DNA of 48,127 nt from an uncultured Collinsella sp. (GCA_937958315.1 CALFGH010000149.1:1-48127), one strand, 5' to 3'; counted from the first letter of the stretch, positions 17,622 through 28,019 are shown. Notes: a model not told the origin generated them from the letters alone. Made by a program: numbers and translations.

Positions 17622-18812
17622 GTGCAATACCGCGTTGACCCCAAAAGTGGTAACCGAATATCTGCTCTGGGCCTGGGCTGTATGAGGTTTCCCGGTGCGC
17701 CGGGCCATCCCGATGCGAAGACGGCCGATGCCATCATCTCCCGTGCGGTGGAGCAGGGGATTAATTATCTGGATACCGCGTATCTCTATCCCGGTAACGA
17801 GGTGTGCGTGGGCGCCTCACTTGAGCGCTTGGGGCTGCGTGACCGGGTGTTGCTGGCGACCAAATTGCCGCACGCCTCGTGTGCATGCACAGGGGATTTC
17901 GACCGTTTCTTTGACGAGCAGCTGCGTCGGCTGCGGACCGACCATATCGACTATTACCTTATGCATAACATCACCTCGCCCGCTCAGTGGGAACGTGTGG
18001 TGGCGCTGGGCATCGAGGACTGGATCGCGCGTCAAAAGGCGGCGGGGCGCATTCGCCAGATTGGTTTTTCGTATCACGGCAGCGCGGCGGATTTCCTGAC
18101 GATGCTTGACGCATATGAATGGGATTTTTGCCAGATCCAGTACAACTATGCCGGCGAGCGTTACCAAGCGGGAACGGCGGGACTCATGGCGGCTGCGGAG
18201 CGCGGGCTCGCGGTGTTTGTGATGGAGCCGCTGCTGGGCGGTCGTCTAGCGGGCAAACTACCGCCGCGGGCCCGCGCCGTGCTCGATGGCGCCCGTGACC
18301 CGCATTTGCACACTCCTGCCGCCTGGGGGCTTTCGTGGGTGTGGAATCATCCTCAGGTGACGATGCTGCTTTCGGGTATGACCGATACCGCGCAAGTGGA
18401 TGAGAACGCGGTGTTGGCCGATCGGGCTCTGCCGGATTCGATGACGGCTGCTCAGCTCGATGCCATCGCACGCGTGTTGAGGGAGTTTGAAAAATCGAAT
18501 CGCGTGCCCTGCACGGGATGCGGCTATTGCATGCCGTGTCCTAAAGGCATCAATATCCCTGGGTGTTTTGCCGCCTACAACGCGAGCTATGCGCACAGCT
18601 GGTTTACGGGTCTATCGCAGTACTTTACGGCGAGCGCGGTACGCACAAGCGAGCCCAAGTTGGTGAGCAATTGCGTCAAATGCGGCAAATGCGCGCGGCA
18701 CTGCCCGCAGCACATCGATATCCCCGGGCGCTTGGACGACGTACGCCGCCGTTTTCAGCCTGGTCCCGTGACGGCGGTGCTTAAGGCCTTCGGCAAAGCG
18801 CGCTCCTCATGA
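17622..18812 (+). CDS. Aldo/keto reductase with C-terminal 4Fe-4S dicluster domain
   Basis: LGLGCMRF, DTAYLY, ATKL, IDYYLMH, MEPLLGG, CTGCGYCMPCP and CVKCGKCARHCPQ. Confidence 0.93.
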   Translation: MQYRVDPKSGNRISALGLGCMRFPGAPGHPDAKTADAIISRAVEQGINYLDTAYLYPGNEVCVGASLERLGLRDRVLLATKLPHASCACTGDFDRFFDEQLRRLRTDHIDYYLMHNITSPAQWERVVALGIEDWIARQKAAGRIRQIGFSYHGSAADFLTMLDAYEWDFCQIQYNYAGERYQAGTAGLMAAAERGLAVFVMEPLLGGRLAGKLPPRARAVLDGARDPHLHTPAAWGLSWVWNHPQVTMLLSGMTDTAQVDENAVLADRALPDSMTAAQLDAIARVLREFEKSNRVPCTGCGYCMPCPKGINIPGCFAAYNASYAHSWFTGLSQYFTASAVRTSEPKLVSNCVKCGKCARHCPQHIDIPGRLDDVRRRFQPGPVTAVLKAFGKARSS

Positions 18813-18897
18813 CCCTTTTATAACTTGCGGTGGAATAGTTCCTGTTTGCGGCAGAATAGGGGCCAAGCAGGAACTATTCCACCGCAATTGAAGGGGG
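18813..18897. repeat. Palindromic REP/MITE-like element, copy 1
   Basis: TTGCGGTGGAATAGTTCCTG/CAGGAACTATTCCACCGCAA 20-bp arms; near-identical to 19999-20086. Confidence 0.9.
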
Positions 18898-18902
18898 CTG
18901 TC

Positions 18903-19922
18903 GTGGGCCATCGGGATTCATGTGATGATTTACGTGGGGTTCGTTGGGGCGTTTTGGGCGCTGGGCGCATTTCGCATCGATTTGCATCGTCGCTCAAGGA
19001 GGTGGACGGGGCACGGCTTGTGGCTGCCGCCGGTCGCACTCCTTCGCATGTTGAGGAGTTTTGCAGGGCGTTTTCGATTGTTGCCGCGCACAGTTATGCC
19101 ACCGCTGACGATAGCGGCGATGCGGCTTATGATGCGCTGATTGCCGACCCCGATGTCGACGCAATTTACTTGGCTCTTCCACATGGCATGCATGCGCATT
19201 GGGTCTGTCGGGCACTGCGCGCGGGAAAGGCCGTGCTGTGCGAAAAGCCGGCCGTTTTGAATGAAGAAGAGGCCCATGCGATCGCCTCCGTTTCCCGTGA
19301 GTGCGGTGTGCCGTTTATGGAGGCGATGAAAAATCGGTTTTGCCCGATGCGCACTCGCGTGAAGGACTTGCTTGCGTCGGGCGAGCTCGGCCGTATCGTC
19401 TCGATTGAAAGCGTGCAAAAACTCGATTATGGTGAGCCCCCTTCGAGTTATCTGCTCGACCCGTTGCAGGGTGGTTGTCTATATGACATGGGCTGCTATG
19501 CGGTCGGGTGGTTTGAGGATCTACTTGCGGGTGCGTGCGATGTTTCGTCTCGTGAAGTTCGCTGGCGTGACGTATCGGGCGGCCACGTGGATTGGGCCGA
19601 CGAGATCCGTATGAGCGTCGGCGGCATACCCATTCATATGGTGTGCGACGGCAAAGCAGCATATGAAAGCCGTTTGACGATTGCCTGCGAGCGGGGCTCG
19701 TTGGAAATCGAGCGCCTCCATCGCCCCGAGCTCGCCCATGTGAAGTACTCCGACGGACGAATGCTCGAAATAAATGCTCCGTTTGGGGTCGATGATTTCT
19801 ACGGCGAAATCCAGCATGCGACCCAGCTCATCCGGGCGGGGAAACTCGAGAGTCCCGTCATGCCCCTTGCCGCCACACAGCGCTGCGCGCGTATTATCGA
19901 TGCAATCCGTCTGGCCCTCTAG
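18903..19922 (+). CDS. Gfo/Idh/MocA family oxidoreductase
   Basis: WGVLGAGRI, IYLALPHGMH, VLCEKP, GGCLYDMGCY. Confidence 0.92.
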   Translation: MGHRDSCDDLRGVRWGVLGAGRISHRFASSLKEVDGARLVAAAGRTPSHVEEFCRAFSIVAAHSYATADDSGDAAYDALIADPDVDAIYLALPHGMHAHWVCRALRAGKAVLCEKPAVLNEEEAHAIASVSRECGVPFMEAMKNRFCPMRTRVKDLLASGELGRIVSIESVQKLDYGEPPSSYLLDPLQGGCLYDMGCYAVGWFEDLLAGACDVSSREVRWRDVSGGHVDWADEIRMSVGGIPIHMVCDGKAAYESRLTIACERGSLEIERLHRPELAHVKYSDGRMLEINAPFGVDDFYGEIQHATQLIRAGKLESPVMPLAATQRCARIIDAIRLAL

Positions 19923-19998
19923 GACTTGGCGCTGACGCGTAGGGGATCATGACGCTGGCGCCCGTAACCATAGTGCTTGGTGGCCTGCATCTCTGATG

Positions 19999-20086
19999 CC
20001 CCTTTTATAAGTTGCGGTGGAATAGTTCCTGTTTGCGGCAGAATAGGGGCCAAACAGGAACTATTTCACCGCAACTGATGAGGGGG
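19999..20086. repeat. Palindromic REP/MITE-like element, copy 2
   Basis: Same orientation and near-identical to 18813-18897. Confidence 0.9.
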
Positions 20087-20094
20087 AGCTGGGG

Positions 20095-20961
20095 ATGCTG
20101 ACGATTGGGTGCCATCTTTCGACGACGAAGGGCTATCGGGCGATGGGGGAGACGGCGCTATCCATTGGCGCCAATACCTTTGCATTCTTTACGCGCAACC
20201 CGCGCGGCGGCAAGGCGAAAGACCTTGACATGGATGATGTGGCGGCCCTGCGTGACCTTATGGCGCAAAATGATTTTGGCCCACTCGTGGCGCATGCCCC
20301 GTATACCTATAACCCCTGCTCGGCCAAAGAGCGGGCGCGCGAGTTTGCCTTGGAGGCAATGGCCGAGGACTTGCAGCGTCTGGAAGCACTGCCCGGCAAC
20401 TACTACAACTTCCACCCCGGCGCGCATGTGGGGCAGGGGACCGATGCCGGCATTCAGATGATCGTCGACACCTTGTGCCAGGTGATGTTTGAGGGGCAGC
20501 AGACGACGGTGCTGCTCGAGACCATGGCCGGCAAGGGCACCGAGGTGGGCCGCAGCTTTGAGGAGCTGGCGCTCATCATCGAGGGCGTTGCCGACAAGCG
20601 CCCCGAGCTGTCGGCCAAGTTGGGCGTTTGCCTGGACACCTGCCATGTGAATGACGCCGGCTATGACATCGTCCACGATCTTGACGGTGTGCTTGACGAG
20701 TTCAATCGTGTGGTGGGTATCGAGCGCCTGCGCGCCGTGCATATCAATGACTCCAAGAACCCCTGCGGCGCCCATAAGGATCGCCACGAGTGCATCGGCA
20801 AGGGCTACCTGGGTAGTGAAGAGTTTGGCGGCGGTATGCAGGTTATGCAGAATATTGTATCGAATGGCCGCCTGCGCGCATTGCCATTCATTTTGGAGAC
20901 ACCGAACGAACTTGCAGGTTATGCGTCTGAAATCAAGCTGTTAAGGTCGTTGCAGCAGTAA
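20095..20961 (+). CDS. nfo: Endonuclease IV (AP endonuclease)
   Basis: IGCHLS, HAPY..N, FHPG, ETMAGKG, DTCH, HINDSK, DRHE, ETP. Confidence 0.96.
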   Translation: MLTIGCHLSTTKGYRAMGETALSIGANTFAFFTRNPRGGKAKDLDMDDVAALRDLMAQNDFGPLVAHAPYTYNPCSAKERAREFALEAMAEDLQRLEALPGNYYNFHPGAHVGQGTDAGIQMIVDTLCQVMFEGQQTTVLLETMAGKGTEVGRSFEELALIIEGVADKRPELSAKLGVCLDTCHVNDAGYDIVHDLDGVLDEFNRVVGIERLRAVHINDSKNPCGAHKDRHECIGKGYLGSEEFGGGMQVMQNIVSNGRLRALPFILETPNELAGYASEIKLLRSLQQ

Positions 20962-21108
20962 TGGCTGCCATAAACTGAAGTGCTCCATTCACGTTATGGG
21001 TTTGTTTCAATCAGTTTTCTAATTGCAGATTCTTCCAAGCGGGTGCATAATAACCCTCAGTTTTTGCAGACCTCTGAATCACGTGGGGTCATTGGAAGGA
21101 GACTGATT

Positions 21109-21969
21109 ATGAAGCTGAAGAAGCTTGGCGCATTTGCCGCCACGGGTGCTATGGCGCTCGCCCTCGCTCTGACGGGCTGCGGCTCGTCCAACGCCACCTC
21201 TGGTTCTAATGCCGGTTCCAGCAGCTCTGACGACGCTAAGGTCGAGAAGGTCGACGGCTCCAAGGAGTACGCGCTCGTCAAGGACGGTACGCTGACCGTC
21301 GGCACCTCTGCCGAGTACGCTCCGTTTGAGTACAAGGATGACAACGGCGATTATCAGGGCTTTGACCTTGAGCTCATCAAGGCTATCGGCGACAAGCTGG
21401 GCCTGGATGTCGAGTATGTCAACAATGACTTTGACACGCTGGTTCCGGGCGTCGCTTCGGGTGCCAAATATGACGTCTCCATCGCGGCTATCACCGACAC
21501 GCCCGAGCGTGAGAAGGAAGTCACGTTCTCCGATTCCTACTACATGGACGATCAGGCTATCGTGACCAAGGTCGATAACACCGACATCACGGCCGACAAC
21601 TACAGCGAGAAGCTCAACAACGCCGATGCTACCATCATCGTCCAGTCTGGCTCGACCGCCGAGTCCTTTGCCCAGGAGAACTTCCCCAAGGCCAAGATTG
21701 TCCCCTACAAGGACGCCACCGAGTGCTTCAGCGCCCTGCAGTCCGATAAGGGCGACGCCGTAGTCACCAACCGCTCCGTTGCCAGCCAGCTGACCGCCGA
21801 GCAGTTCAACACCTGCCAGACCATCAAGCAGATTAGCACCGGCGAGGAGTACGCCATTGCCATCAACCAGGGCAACACCAAGCTCAAGGACGACATCAAC
21901 CAGGCCATCAAGGACCTGACCGACGACGGTACCGTTGACGCCCTCATGGCTAAGTACAACATCAAGTAA
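21109..21969 (+). CDS. Polar amino acid ABC transporter substrate-binding lipoprotein
   Basis: Lipobox LTGC; GT...YAPFE, GFDLEL. Confidence 0.93.
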   Translation: MKLKKLGAFAATGAMALALALTGCGSSNATSGSNAGSSSSDDAKVEKVDGSKEYALVKDGTLTVGTSAEYAPFEYKDDNGDYQGFDLELIKAIGDKLGLDVEYVNNDFDTLVPGVASGAKYDVSIAAITDTPEREKEVTFSDSYYMDDQAIVTKVDNTDITADNYSEKLNNADATIIVQSGSTAESFAQENFPKAKIVPYKDATECFSALQSDKGDAVVTNRSVASQLTAEQFNTCQTIKQISTGEEYAIAINQGNTKLKDDINQAIKDLTDDGTVDALMAKYNIK

Positions 21970-22087
21970 AATAGCTACTTGATTGCTCGCGGGCCCTTTC
22001 CGCTTTGGCGGAGAGGGCCTTTGCGCTTCTCTTGACGGAGAGCATTTCCGTCTCGTTTTGCCGGCAACTTCTACGATAGGAGCCACC

Positions 22088-23449
22088 TTGTCTCGACTGA
22101 ACAAAGGGGCCGTGGAGCAGCGTTTTCCACTGCCCGCCTTGCTCCAAAAGCTAGTCTGCGTCATGGCCGTGGCGCTCGCGCTGGTGTGTGTGGGGGCATA
22201 TGCGCCCACGACCGCCCAGGCGCTTGAGACCGCAAAGATTACCGCCCGACCCAACACCGGTTCGGGCAGCGCTGTGGTCGGCGGTACCGAGACGCGCATT
22301 ACCTGGGAGGTCCAGGCCGATGCCGATGAGGAGCTGAGCGGTCTTTCGCTGACGTTTGTCGACGGCACGACGTTTGGTACCGATGACACGCGATTGACGA
22401 TGCTCTCGGGCGAGGACCTCATGGATCGTACGCCCATGAAGCCCACGTGCAAGGCTGACGGCCAGACGCTCAAGATTGACTTTGGCGAGACGGCGCCTGC
22501 CGGCGGCTTTTTCCGTGTCGAGGTTTACGGCGTGACCTTCCCCGTCGAGGGCGGCGATGAGGCCTTTAGCGGCACCTACACTTTGGCCGATGGCTCGACC
22601 AAGAAGATCTCCAAGATTCCGTCGGTGGAGATCAAGGGCGTGACGGCCTTCGATAACTTCCTAGCCGACCTTAAAGAGCAGCCGTGGGTCGAGGCGTGGA
22701 ACTCCAATATGTTCCTGCGCCTGTTCCTGAACCCGGTCATTTTGGTCCAGAGCCTGCCGATCGTCTTCAAGGGCTTCCTCATGTCGCTTTCGATCGTGCT
22801 TGTGGCGTTTCCGCTGGCAATTCCCTTCGGTTTCGCCCTGTCGCTCATGCGCATCTCCAAGTCGCGCATCCTGCGCTGCCTCGCCGGCATCTACGTGAAT
22901 ATCATTCGCGGTACGCCGGCGTTCCTGCAGATCTATATCGCGTTCTTCGGTCTGCCGTTGGCCGGCGTCAAGGTTGATGACTACGTGCTCGGCGTCATCG
23001 TCATGGCCATGAATTCGTCTGCCTATCTGTGTGAGATCTTCCGCGCCGGTATTCAATCGATCCCCAAGGGCCAAAACGAGGCTGCTCGCTCTCTGGGTAT
23101 GAATGCCTTCCAGACGCTGCTCTACGTTATGATTCCGCAGACGTTCCGCAATGTTTTGCCTACGCTGACCAGCGAGTTTATCTTGCTTTACAAGGATACG
23201 TCGCTGCTTGCGGCCGTGGGCGTGGTCGAGATCGTCATGAACGCCCGCACCATCGTGGCCACGACGGGCTCCATTACACCGTACGTGGTTGCCGCCCTGT
23301 TCTATCTGGTCATCACCCTGCCGCTCGCTCGCTTGGTGAGCGGTCTTGAGGCGAGGCTTTTGGGCACGGCCGAGACCAAGAAGAAGCGTCCCACTAAGAG
23401 CGCCGGACAGGTTGTCGCGACGCCTGCCGATCACATCGCCGGTCTGTAA
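22088..23449 (+). CDS. Polar amino acid ABC permease with large N-terminal extracytoplasmic domain (start uncertain)
   Basis: RGTP..LQ, SAY..EI.RAGI, GQ.EAARSLG, KDTSL; AGGAG RBS before TTG 22088. Confidence 0.88.
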   Translation: MSRLNKGAVEQRFPLPALLQKLVCVMAVALALVCVGAYAPTTAQALETAKITARPNTGSGSAVVGGTETRITWEVQADADEELSGLSLTFVDGTTFGTDDTRLTMLSGEDLMDRTPMKPTCKADGQTLKIDFGETAPAGGFFRVEVYGVTFPVEGGDEAFSGTYTLADGSTKKISKIPSVEIKGVTAFDNFLADLKEQPWVEAWNSNMFLRLFLNPVILVQSLPIVFKGFLMSLSIVLVAFPLAIPFGFALSLMRISKSRILRCLAGIYVNIIRGTPAFLQIYIAFFGLPLAGVKVDDYVLGVIVMAMNSSAYLCEIFRAGIQSIPKGQNEAARSLGMNAFQTLLYVMIPQTFRNVLPTLTSEFILLYKDTSLLAAVGVVEIVMNARTIVATTGSITPYVVAALFYLVITLPLARLVSGLEARLLGTAETKKKRPTKSAGQVVATPADHIAGL

Positions 23450-23461
23450 GGAGGTCCTATC

Positions 23462-24214
23462 ATGAGCGAAACCAATAACTCGAACGAAGTCGTCGTCAGC
23501 ATCAAGAACCTCCAGAAGGCCTTTGGCGACAACGTGGTCCTGCGCGATATCGATCTGGATGTGCACAAGGGTGAGGTCGTTGTGGTCTTGGGCCCCTCGG
23601 GCTCGGGCAAGTCGACGATGCTTCGCTGCATCAATCGTCTGGAGCATCCCACGAGCGGCTCGATTATCGTTGAGGGCGTGGATGTGTGCGCCAAGGGCGT
23701 CGACCTTAACAAGGTGCGCACGCATCTGGGTATGGTGTTCCAGCAGTTCAATTTGTTCCCGCACCTCTCAGTCAAAAAGAACGTCATGCTCGCGCAGCAG
23801 AAGGTGCTCAAGCGCAGCAAGGAAGAGGCCGAGAAGATTGCCATCGAGGAGCTGACCAAGGTCGGCCTTGCCGAGCGTATCGACTTTATGCCGAGCCAGC
23901 TCTCGGGCGGCCAGCAGCAGCGCGTTGCCATCGCCCGCGCCCTGTCGATGAACCCGCACGTCATGCTCTTTGACGAGGCCACCTCGGCGCTCGACCCTGA
24001 GCTCGTGCGCGACGTCTTGGGCGTCATGCGCGACCTGGCGCACGACGGTATGACCATGATCGTCGTGACGCACGAGATGGGCTTTGCCCGCGATGTCGCC
24101 GACCGCGTCGTCTTTATGGACGGCGGCGTCATTGTGGAAGAGGGTACGCCGAGCGAGGTCTTCGACCATCCCAAGAGCGAACGCACCAAGGCGTTCTTGG
24201 GCAATATTTCGTAG
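23462..24214 (+). CDS. Amino acid ABC transporter ATPase, GlnQ-like
   Basis: [34 protein letters not shown]. Confidence 0.95.
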   Translation: MSETNNSNEVVVSIKNLQKAFGDNVVLRDIDLDVHKGEVVVVLGPSGSGKSTMLRCINRLEHPTSGSIIVEGVDVCAKGVDLNKVRTHLGMVFQQFNLFPHLSVKKNVMLAQQKVLKRSKEEAEKIAIEELTKVGLAERIDFMPSQLSGGQQQRVAIARALSMNPHVMLFDEATSALDPELVRDVLGVMRDLAHDGMTMIVVTHEMGFARDVADRVVFMDGGVIVEEGTPSEVFDHPKSERTKAFLGNIS

Positions 24215-24237
24215 CCGGTTGATGTAATTGCCGTTAC

Positions 24238-24277
24238 AAAAGAGCGGGGCTGGACTTGAATCCAGCCCCGCTCTTTT
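24238..24277. terminator. Bidirectional terminator
   Basis: AAAAGAGCGGGGCTGGA/TCCAGCCCCGCTCTTTT. Confidence 0.85.
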
Positions 24278-24329
24278 GTAGGGATGAGGATGCGCTTTGA
24301 TGCAGGCTCTCTTGGAGGCCCTGGGTTCG

Positions 24330-24749
24330 TTACGCGAGTTCGGCTCCGAGGGCCTTGCAAGCGGTCTCGCCCTCGTCGTCGGGCGCGTCGTAGCAGATGG
24401 TGGAGTCCACGACGTTGACGCCGGCCTCGTCGGCGTCGGCCTTCCAGTTGTCCATCCACTCGCCCTCGGCCCACGAATAGGAGCCAAAGAGGACGACCTT
24501 CTTGTCGCCGAGAGTCTCCTTGATCTCGTCCCACATCGGCTGGAACTCATCGTACTCGAGTTCCTCGGAGCCCATGGCGGGACAGCCGAAGGCGAAGGCA
24601 TCATATTCGGCGGCCTTGTCGGCAGAGAAGTCGGCGCAGGAGATGACCTCTGCCTCGGCGCCGGCATCGGTTGCACCTTCGGCAACGAAGTTTGCCATGG
24701 CCTCGGTGTTGCCCGTGCCGCTCCAGTAGACGACGGCGATCTTGCTCAT
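24330..24749 (-). CDS. Short-chain flavodoxin
   Basis: YWSGTGNTE, GCPAMG.E, LFGSY.W. Confidence 0.95.
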   Translation of the reverse strand: MSKIAVVYWSGTGNTEAMANFVAEGATDAGAEAEVISCADFSADKAAEYDAFAFGCPAMGSEELEYDEFQPMWDEIKETLGDKKVVLFGSYSWAEGEWMDNWKADADEAGVNVVDSTICYDAPDDEGETACKALGAELA

Positions 24750-24795
24750 GTTGAGTCCTTTCAGTTGTGCGGCAGGTTGCCGCGGCTTCTATGTT

Positions 24796-25500
24796 CTATC
24801 GGGTTGCCTGGGCAAGTTGCGCCAAGCTGCAGCCCTGCTGATAGACAAAGGTGAGGTATTGAGTGCAAGCGCGGTAGGCGTCAAACATTGCAAGCGCTTG
24901 CTCGACATTCGTGTAGACCTTCCAGGCCCCAAAGACCTTGTAGTTCTCGCCGCGCTGGACGATAAACTCGTGTACGTCGTCGTAGGGGTATCCAAGGAAG
25001 TAGCCTATTTCGTGCGGAAACTCGCAGGTGCAGTCGTTGCTGCAGCTAGTTTGCTGGGGTAGTGCGCATCGAGTCTGGTTACAGGCGCATTCCGCGACGT
25101 TATTGCTCGCGAGCGTGATGCGTGATGCCAAATGCACAAGGCATGTCGAAAGGTCTCTCGTGTCGTAGCCTTCCGAGGCGAGCGCCGTTTGGGCGCGAGG
25201 ATCTGCGAAATAGGTGGTGAGGCTTTTGGCTCGGTACATATACACGAGCGCTCCGCAGGGCCGCCAGACCAAAACACTCAGGTGGATGCCGAGCGGGTCA
25301 AGCTCGCGGTTGCACTGGGCGATAACGTTGAGCAGGCGTGCTCGGCGCTCTGCGATGGTTTCGGTTGCGACCGAGCCGTCCCCGTGGGCGTAGGTGCCTG
25401 GATAGGTAAAGAGCGATGCCGGCTTGATGCCCGCGAGCGTGGGAGAGCAGTTGCGCACGACTGCCGCCTGAAACGTTGGGATGTCTATGGTTCGAGTCAC
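24796..25500 (-). CDS. DUF3793 family protein
   Basis: CSPTLAGIKPASLF, FPHEIG.FLGYP..DV, WKVY; upstream of flavodoxin. Confidence 0.85.
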   Translation of the reverse strand: MTRTIDIPTFQAAVVRNCSPTLAGIKPASLFTYPGTYAHGDGSVATETIAERRARLLNVIAQCNRELDPLGIHLSVLVWRPCGALVYMYRAKSLTTYFADPRAQTALASEGYDTRDLSTCLVHLASRITLASNNVAECACNQTRCALPQQTSCSNDCTCEFPHEIGYFLGYPYDDVHEFIVQRGENYKVFGAWKVYTNVEQALAMFDAYRACTQYLTFVYQQGCSLAQLAQATR

Positions 25501-25627
25501 GGCGCTCCTTACGGATCTAAACTGTTAGCCTAGGAAAACTTATACACGAAAGTAAGCCATGGTCAACAAAAAAGTTTGAAGCGGGAAACTAATTGACCGA
25601 ACGGACATGATTTTGGGTTAAGATGGG

Positions 25628-25646
25628 GACACCCCATGGGGGTATC
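25628..25646. promoter_or_regulatory. Candidate CsoR-type copper operator
   Basis: CACCCC-ATG-GGGGTA C/G-tract palindrome upstream of an HMA-domain gene. Confidence 0.5.
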
Positions 25647-25674
25647 TAGATAGTGCTACTTGAAAGGGGAACGC

Positions 25675-26058
25675 ATGAGTGACTTGCTCAACCCTGCGAA
25701 TCTCATCGTGCTGGCTGTCATTGCCGTCGGCATGTTTTTTGGACTGCGTCGCATTGCCGCTTCGACACACGGGAAGAGTTGTTGCAGCGATGGTACGAGC
25801 GGCAAGAAGGCCAAAAAGGTTGTTGTGGTGGATACTGATGCATCGCACTATCCCTATAGCGATGAGCTGCTCATCGGCGGTATGAGCTGTGACGGCTGCG
25901 CTCAGAACGTGGCCAATGCCCTCAATGCGCTGGACGGCGTGTGGGCAACGGTGACGTATGCGGATCACACGGCACGTGTGCGCTCTAAACAGCCGATCGA
26001 TCGCGGTGCTCTCGTGGCCGCCGTGAAAGACGCGGGCTACTACGTCATGACGCTGTAA
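25675..26058 (+). CDS. Membrane-anchored heavy-metal-associated (CopZ-like) protein
   Basis: N-terminal TM, SCC linker, GMSCDGC metal-binding motif. Confidence 0.88.
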   Translation: MSDLLNPANLIVLAVIAVGMFFGLRRIAASTHGKSCCSDGTSGKKAKKVVVVDTDASHYPYSDELLIGGMSCDGCAQNVANALNALDGVWATVTYADHTARVRSKQPIDRGALVAAVKDAGYYVMTL

Positions 26059-26084
26059 GCGCCGCCTTGGATGCATTTCCTTGT

Positions 26085-26510
26085 CTAGGCTCGTCCGCGC
26101 AGTTCGATGTCTTGGATGTCGTCAAAGTCGATGGCGATGTCTCGGAGCTTGAGAAGCTTGAAGGCGGGGAGCGCCTCGTCGAGGATGCCGGTGCGGCTGC
26201 GATAGCCGTATGTATCGTAATAGGTGACACGAACCAAGTCGCCACGTTTGAGACCCTCGAGCTTTTTAGAAAGCACGAGGGCTTTTTCTTCCGTGAGCTC
26301 ACGTTTTGGCTCGACGGTGATTTCCTGCTTGCGCACGAGTTCGTAGTATCCCGTGAGGGCGGCAAAGGGCATAAACTGTGCAGCGCGGTTGGCGCGCACG
26401 GCACCGTTGGCTGTGAGGTTGGGGTTGGCGGCGCGGCGTCTGCCCTCGGGGTCCGCCAGGCGCTCGAAGGCGGTCGGCGGGCGCACGGGCTGTTGTTTGG
26501 GTTTAGGCAC
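26085..26510 (-). CDS. YolD-like protein
   Basis: RAAQFMPFAALTGY motif; GTG start overlapping the polymerase stop region. Confidence 0.85.
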   Translation of the reverse strand: MPKPKQQPVRPPTAFERLADPEGRRRAANPNLTANGAVRANRAAQFMPFAALTGYYELVRKQEITVEPKRELTEEKALVLSKKLEGLKRGDLVRVTYYDTYGYRSRTGILDEALPAFKLLKLRDIAIDFDDIQDIELRGRA

Positions 26511-28008
26511 GGTGTCCTCCAACTTGGTCGTTGCGTTCGCGCGCGGTGGCGCCGGCGGTAAAGCTTAATCCCTTGACGAGCGCGTTCTTGCCGTACTTGC
26601 CTTTCACAGCCAGGACGGCGCGCGCCAGGTCGCGCTCGCGCTCATCGGCCTCGACATCGCTAAACAGATCGATAGTGGCAAATTCCTCGGGCATGAGGTT
26701 GCCAAAGCCCAGGTTGATTCGCTTGACCGGTCGTTTAGGGTCGACCGTTTGCGCCCAAAGGTCATCGAAATAGCCCATGATCTTCTTAAACGAATTGGTG
26801 CGCTCGGGCAGCTTGCGCGAGGCGTTGGAGTGCGCAAAGAGCGCGGCATAGCCACCACGCGGTTTGCCGCCATGCTCTCCCACAAAGATGCCATCGATTG
26901 CCTGCGCTTCGCGCACCAGGCGACGCCTTTCGTCATCGCACTGGTCGGGCTTGGGCGCACGGGGTGCGAGCTCGGGGCCGGCGGTTGCGGTGGGTTCGAT
27001 ACTCGATGTGCTCGAGCGCAGGTGGCCGCATCCGTCCACATATTGCGCTGTACCGCTGGCGCCGAGGCGGCGTATGTCAGCGCGCTCGCTCGCGTAGCCC
27101 ACAAAGAGCGAGATGCTGTCACATACCACGTGCTTATCGACCAAGTCCAGCACGGCACTGTCGACCATCTCGCGCAAGACGGTGTAGGCCTGCTCGTAGG
27201 CATAGCCCTTCGAGAGCACCTGTCCTGTGGTGGTCGAAGTTGCTTGCGGGCGATAGGCTTGGATATCGGCGATGGTTGTCGGCTCGCGTCCGAAGGCGTG
27301 GTCGATGAGATACTCGGCATTGACGCCGAGCTCGTCGTAAAGCAGGTTTTCGTCGAGCGCCGCGACGCCCATCAGATCGTAGACGCCGTATTTTTCGAGT
27401 CGTGCTGCCACGCCGGGGCCGATGCCCCAGATATCGGTGATGGGACGATGGGGCCAGATTTCCTTGCGAAAGGTCTCGTCGTCGAGTATGCCGATGCGGC
27501 TGGGTACGTGCTTGGCGGTGATATCGAGTGCAACCTTGGCCTGGAATAGGTTGGGGCCGATGCCGACCGTCGCCGTGATGCCGGTGCGCGCCAAGACCTC
27601 GTCGCGCAGCGTGCAAGCGAACCCTTCCGCATCGGTGTGATAGAGGTCCAGATAGGGCGTCACGTCGATAAAGCACTCATCGATGGAGTAGACGTGCACG
27701 TCCTGGGGGCTGACGTATTCCAGATAGATGCCGTAGATTTGCGCCGACACCTCCATGTAGTGCTGCATGCGCGGCACTGCTTTGATGTAGTCGATGCCGT
27801 CGGGAATCTCGAACAGACGGCAGCGGTTGTGAATACCTAAGTCCTTCATGCCCTGCGTGATAGCGAGACAGATGGTCGTGCGCCCGCGCGATTCGTCGGC
27901 AACGACCAGGTTGGTGGTGAGCGGATCGAGCCCACGGTCGACGCACTCGACGCTGGCATAAAACGTCTTGAGGTCGATGCAGATATAGGTGTGCTGCTCG
28001 TGCGCCAC
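26503..28008 (-). CDS. Y-family (UmuC/DinB-like) error-prone DNA polymerase
   Basis: IDLKTFYASVE, YSIDE, T.GIG.N...AK.A, D.WGIG, K.GKNA; GGAGG RBS before GTG 28008. Confidence 0.93.
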   Translation of the reverse strand: MAHEQHTYICIDLKTFYASVECVDRGLDPLTTNLVVADESRGRTTICLAITQGMKDLGIHNRCRLFEIPDGIDYIKAVPRMQHYMEVSAQIYGIYLEYVSPQDVHVYSIDECFIDVTPYLDLYHTDAEGFACTLRDEVLARTGITATVGIGPNLFQAKVALDITAKHVPSRIGILDDETFRKEIWPHRPITDIWGIGPGVAARLEKYGVYDLMGVAALDENLLYDELGVNAEYLIDHAFGREPTTIADIQAYRPQATSTTTGQVLSKGYAYEQAYTVLREMVDSAVLDLVDKHVVCDSISLFVGYASERADIRRLGASGTAQYVDGCGHLRSSTSSIEPTATAGPELAPRAPKPDQCDDERRRLVREAQAIDGIFVGEHGGKPRGGYAALFAHSNASRKLPERTNSFKKIMGYFDDLWAQTVDPKRPVKRINLGFGNLMPEEFATIDLFSDVEADERERDLARAVLAVKGKYGKNALVKGLSFTAGATARERNDQVGGHRA

Positions 28009-28019
28009 GCGTCCTCCCA

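Noticed and set aside
18813..20086. CRISPR array or integron attC interpretation of the repeated palindromes
   Set aside because: Only two copies 1.2 kb apart, no spacers or cas genes, no integrase in the window
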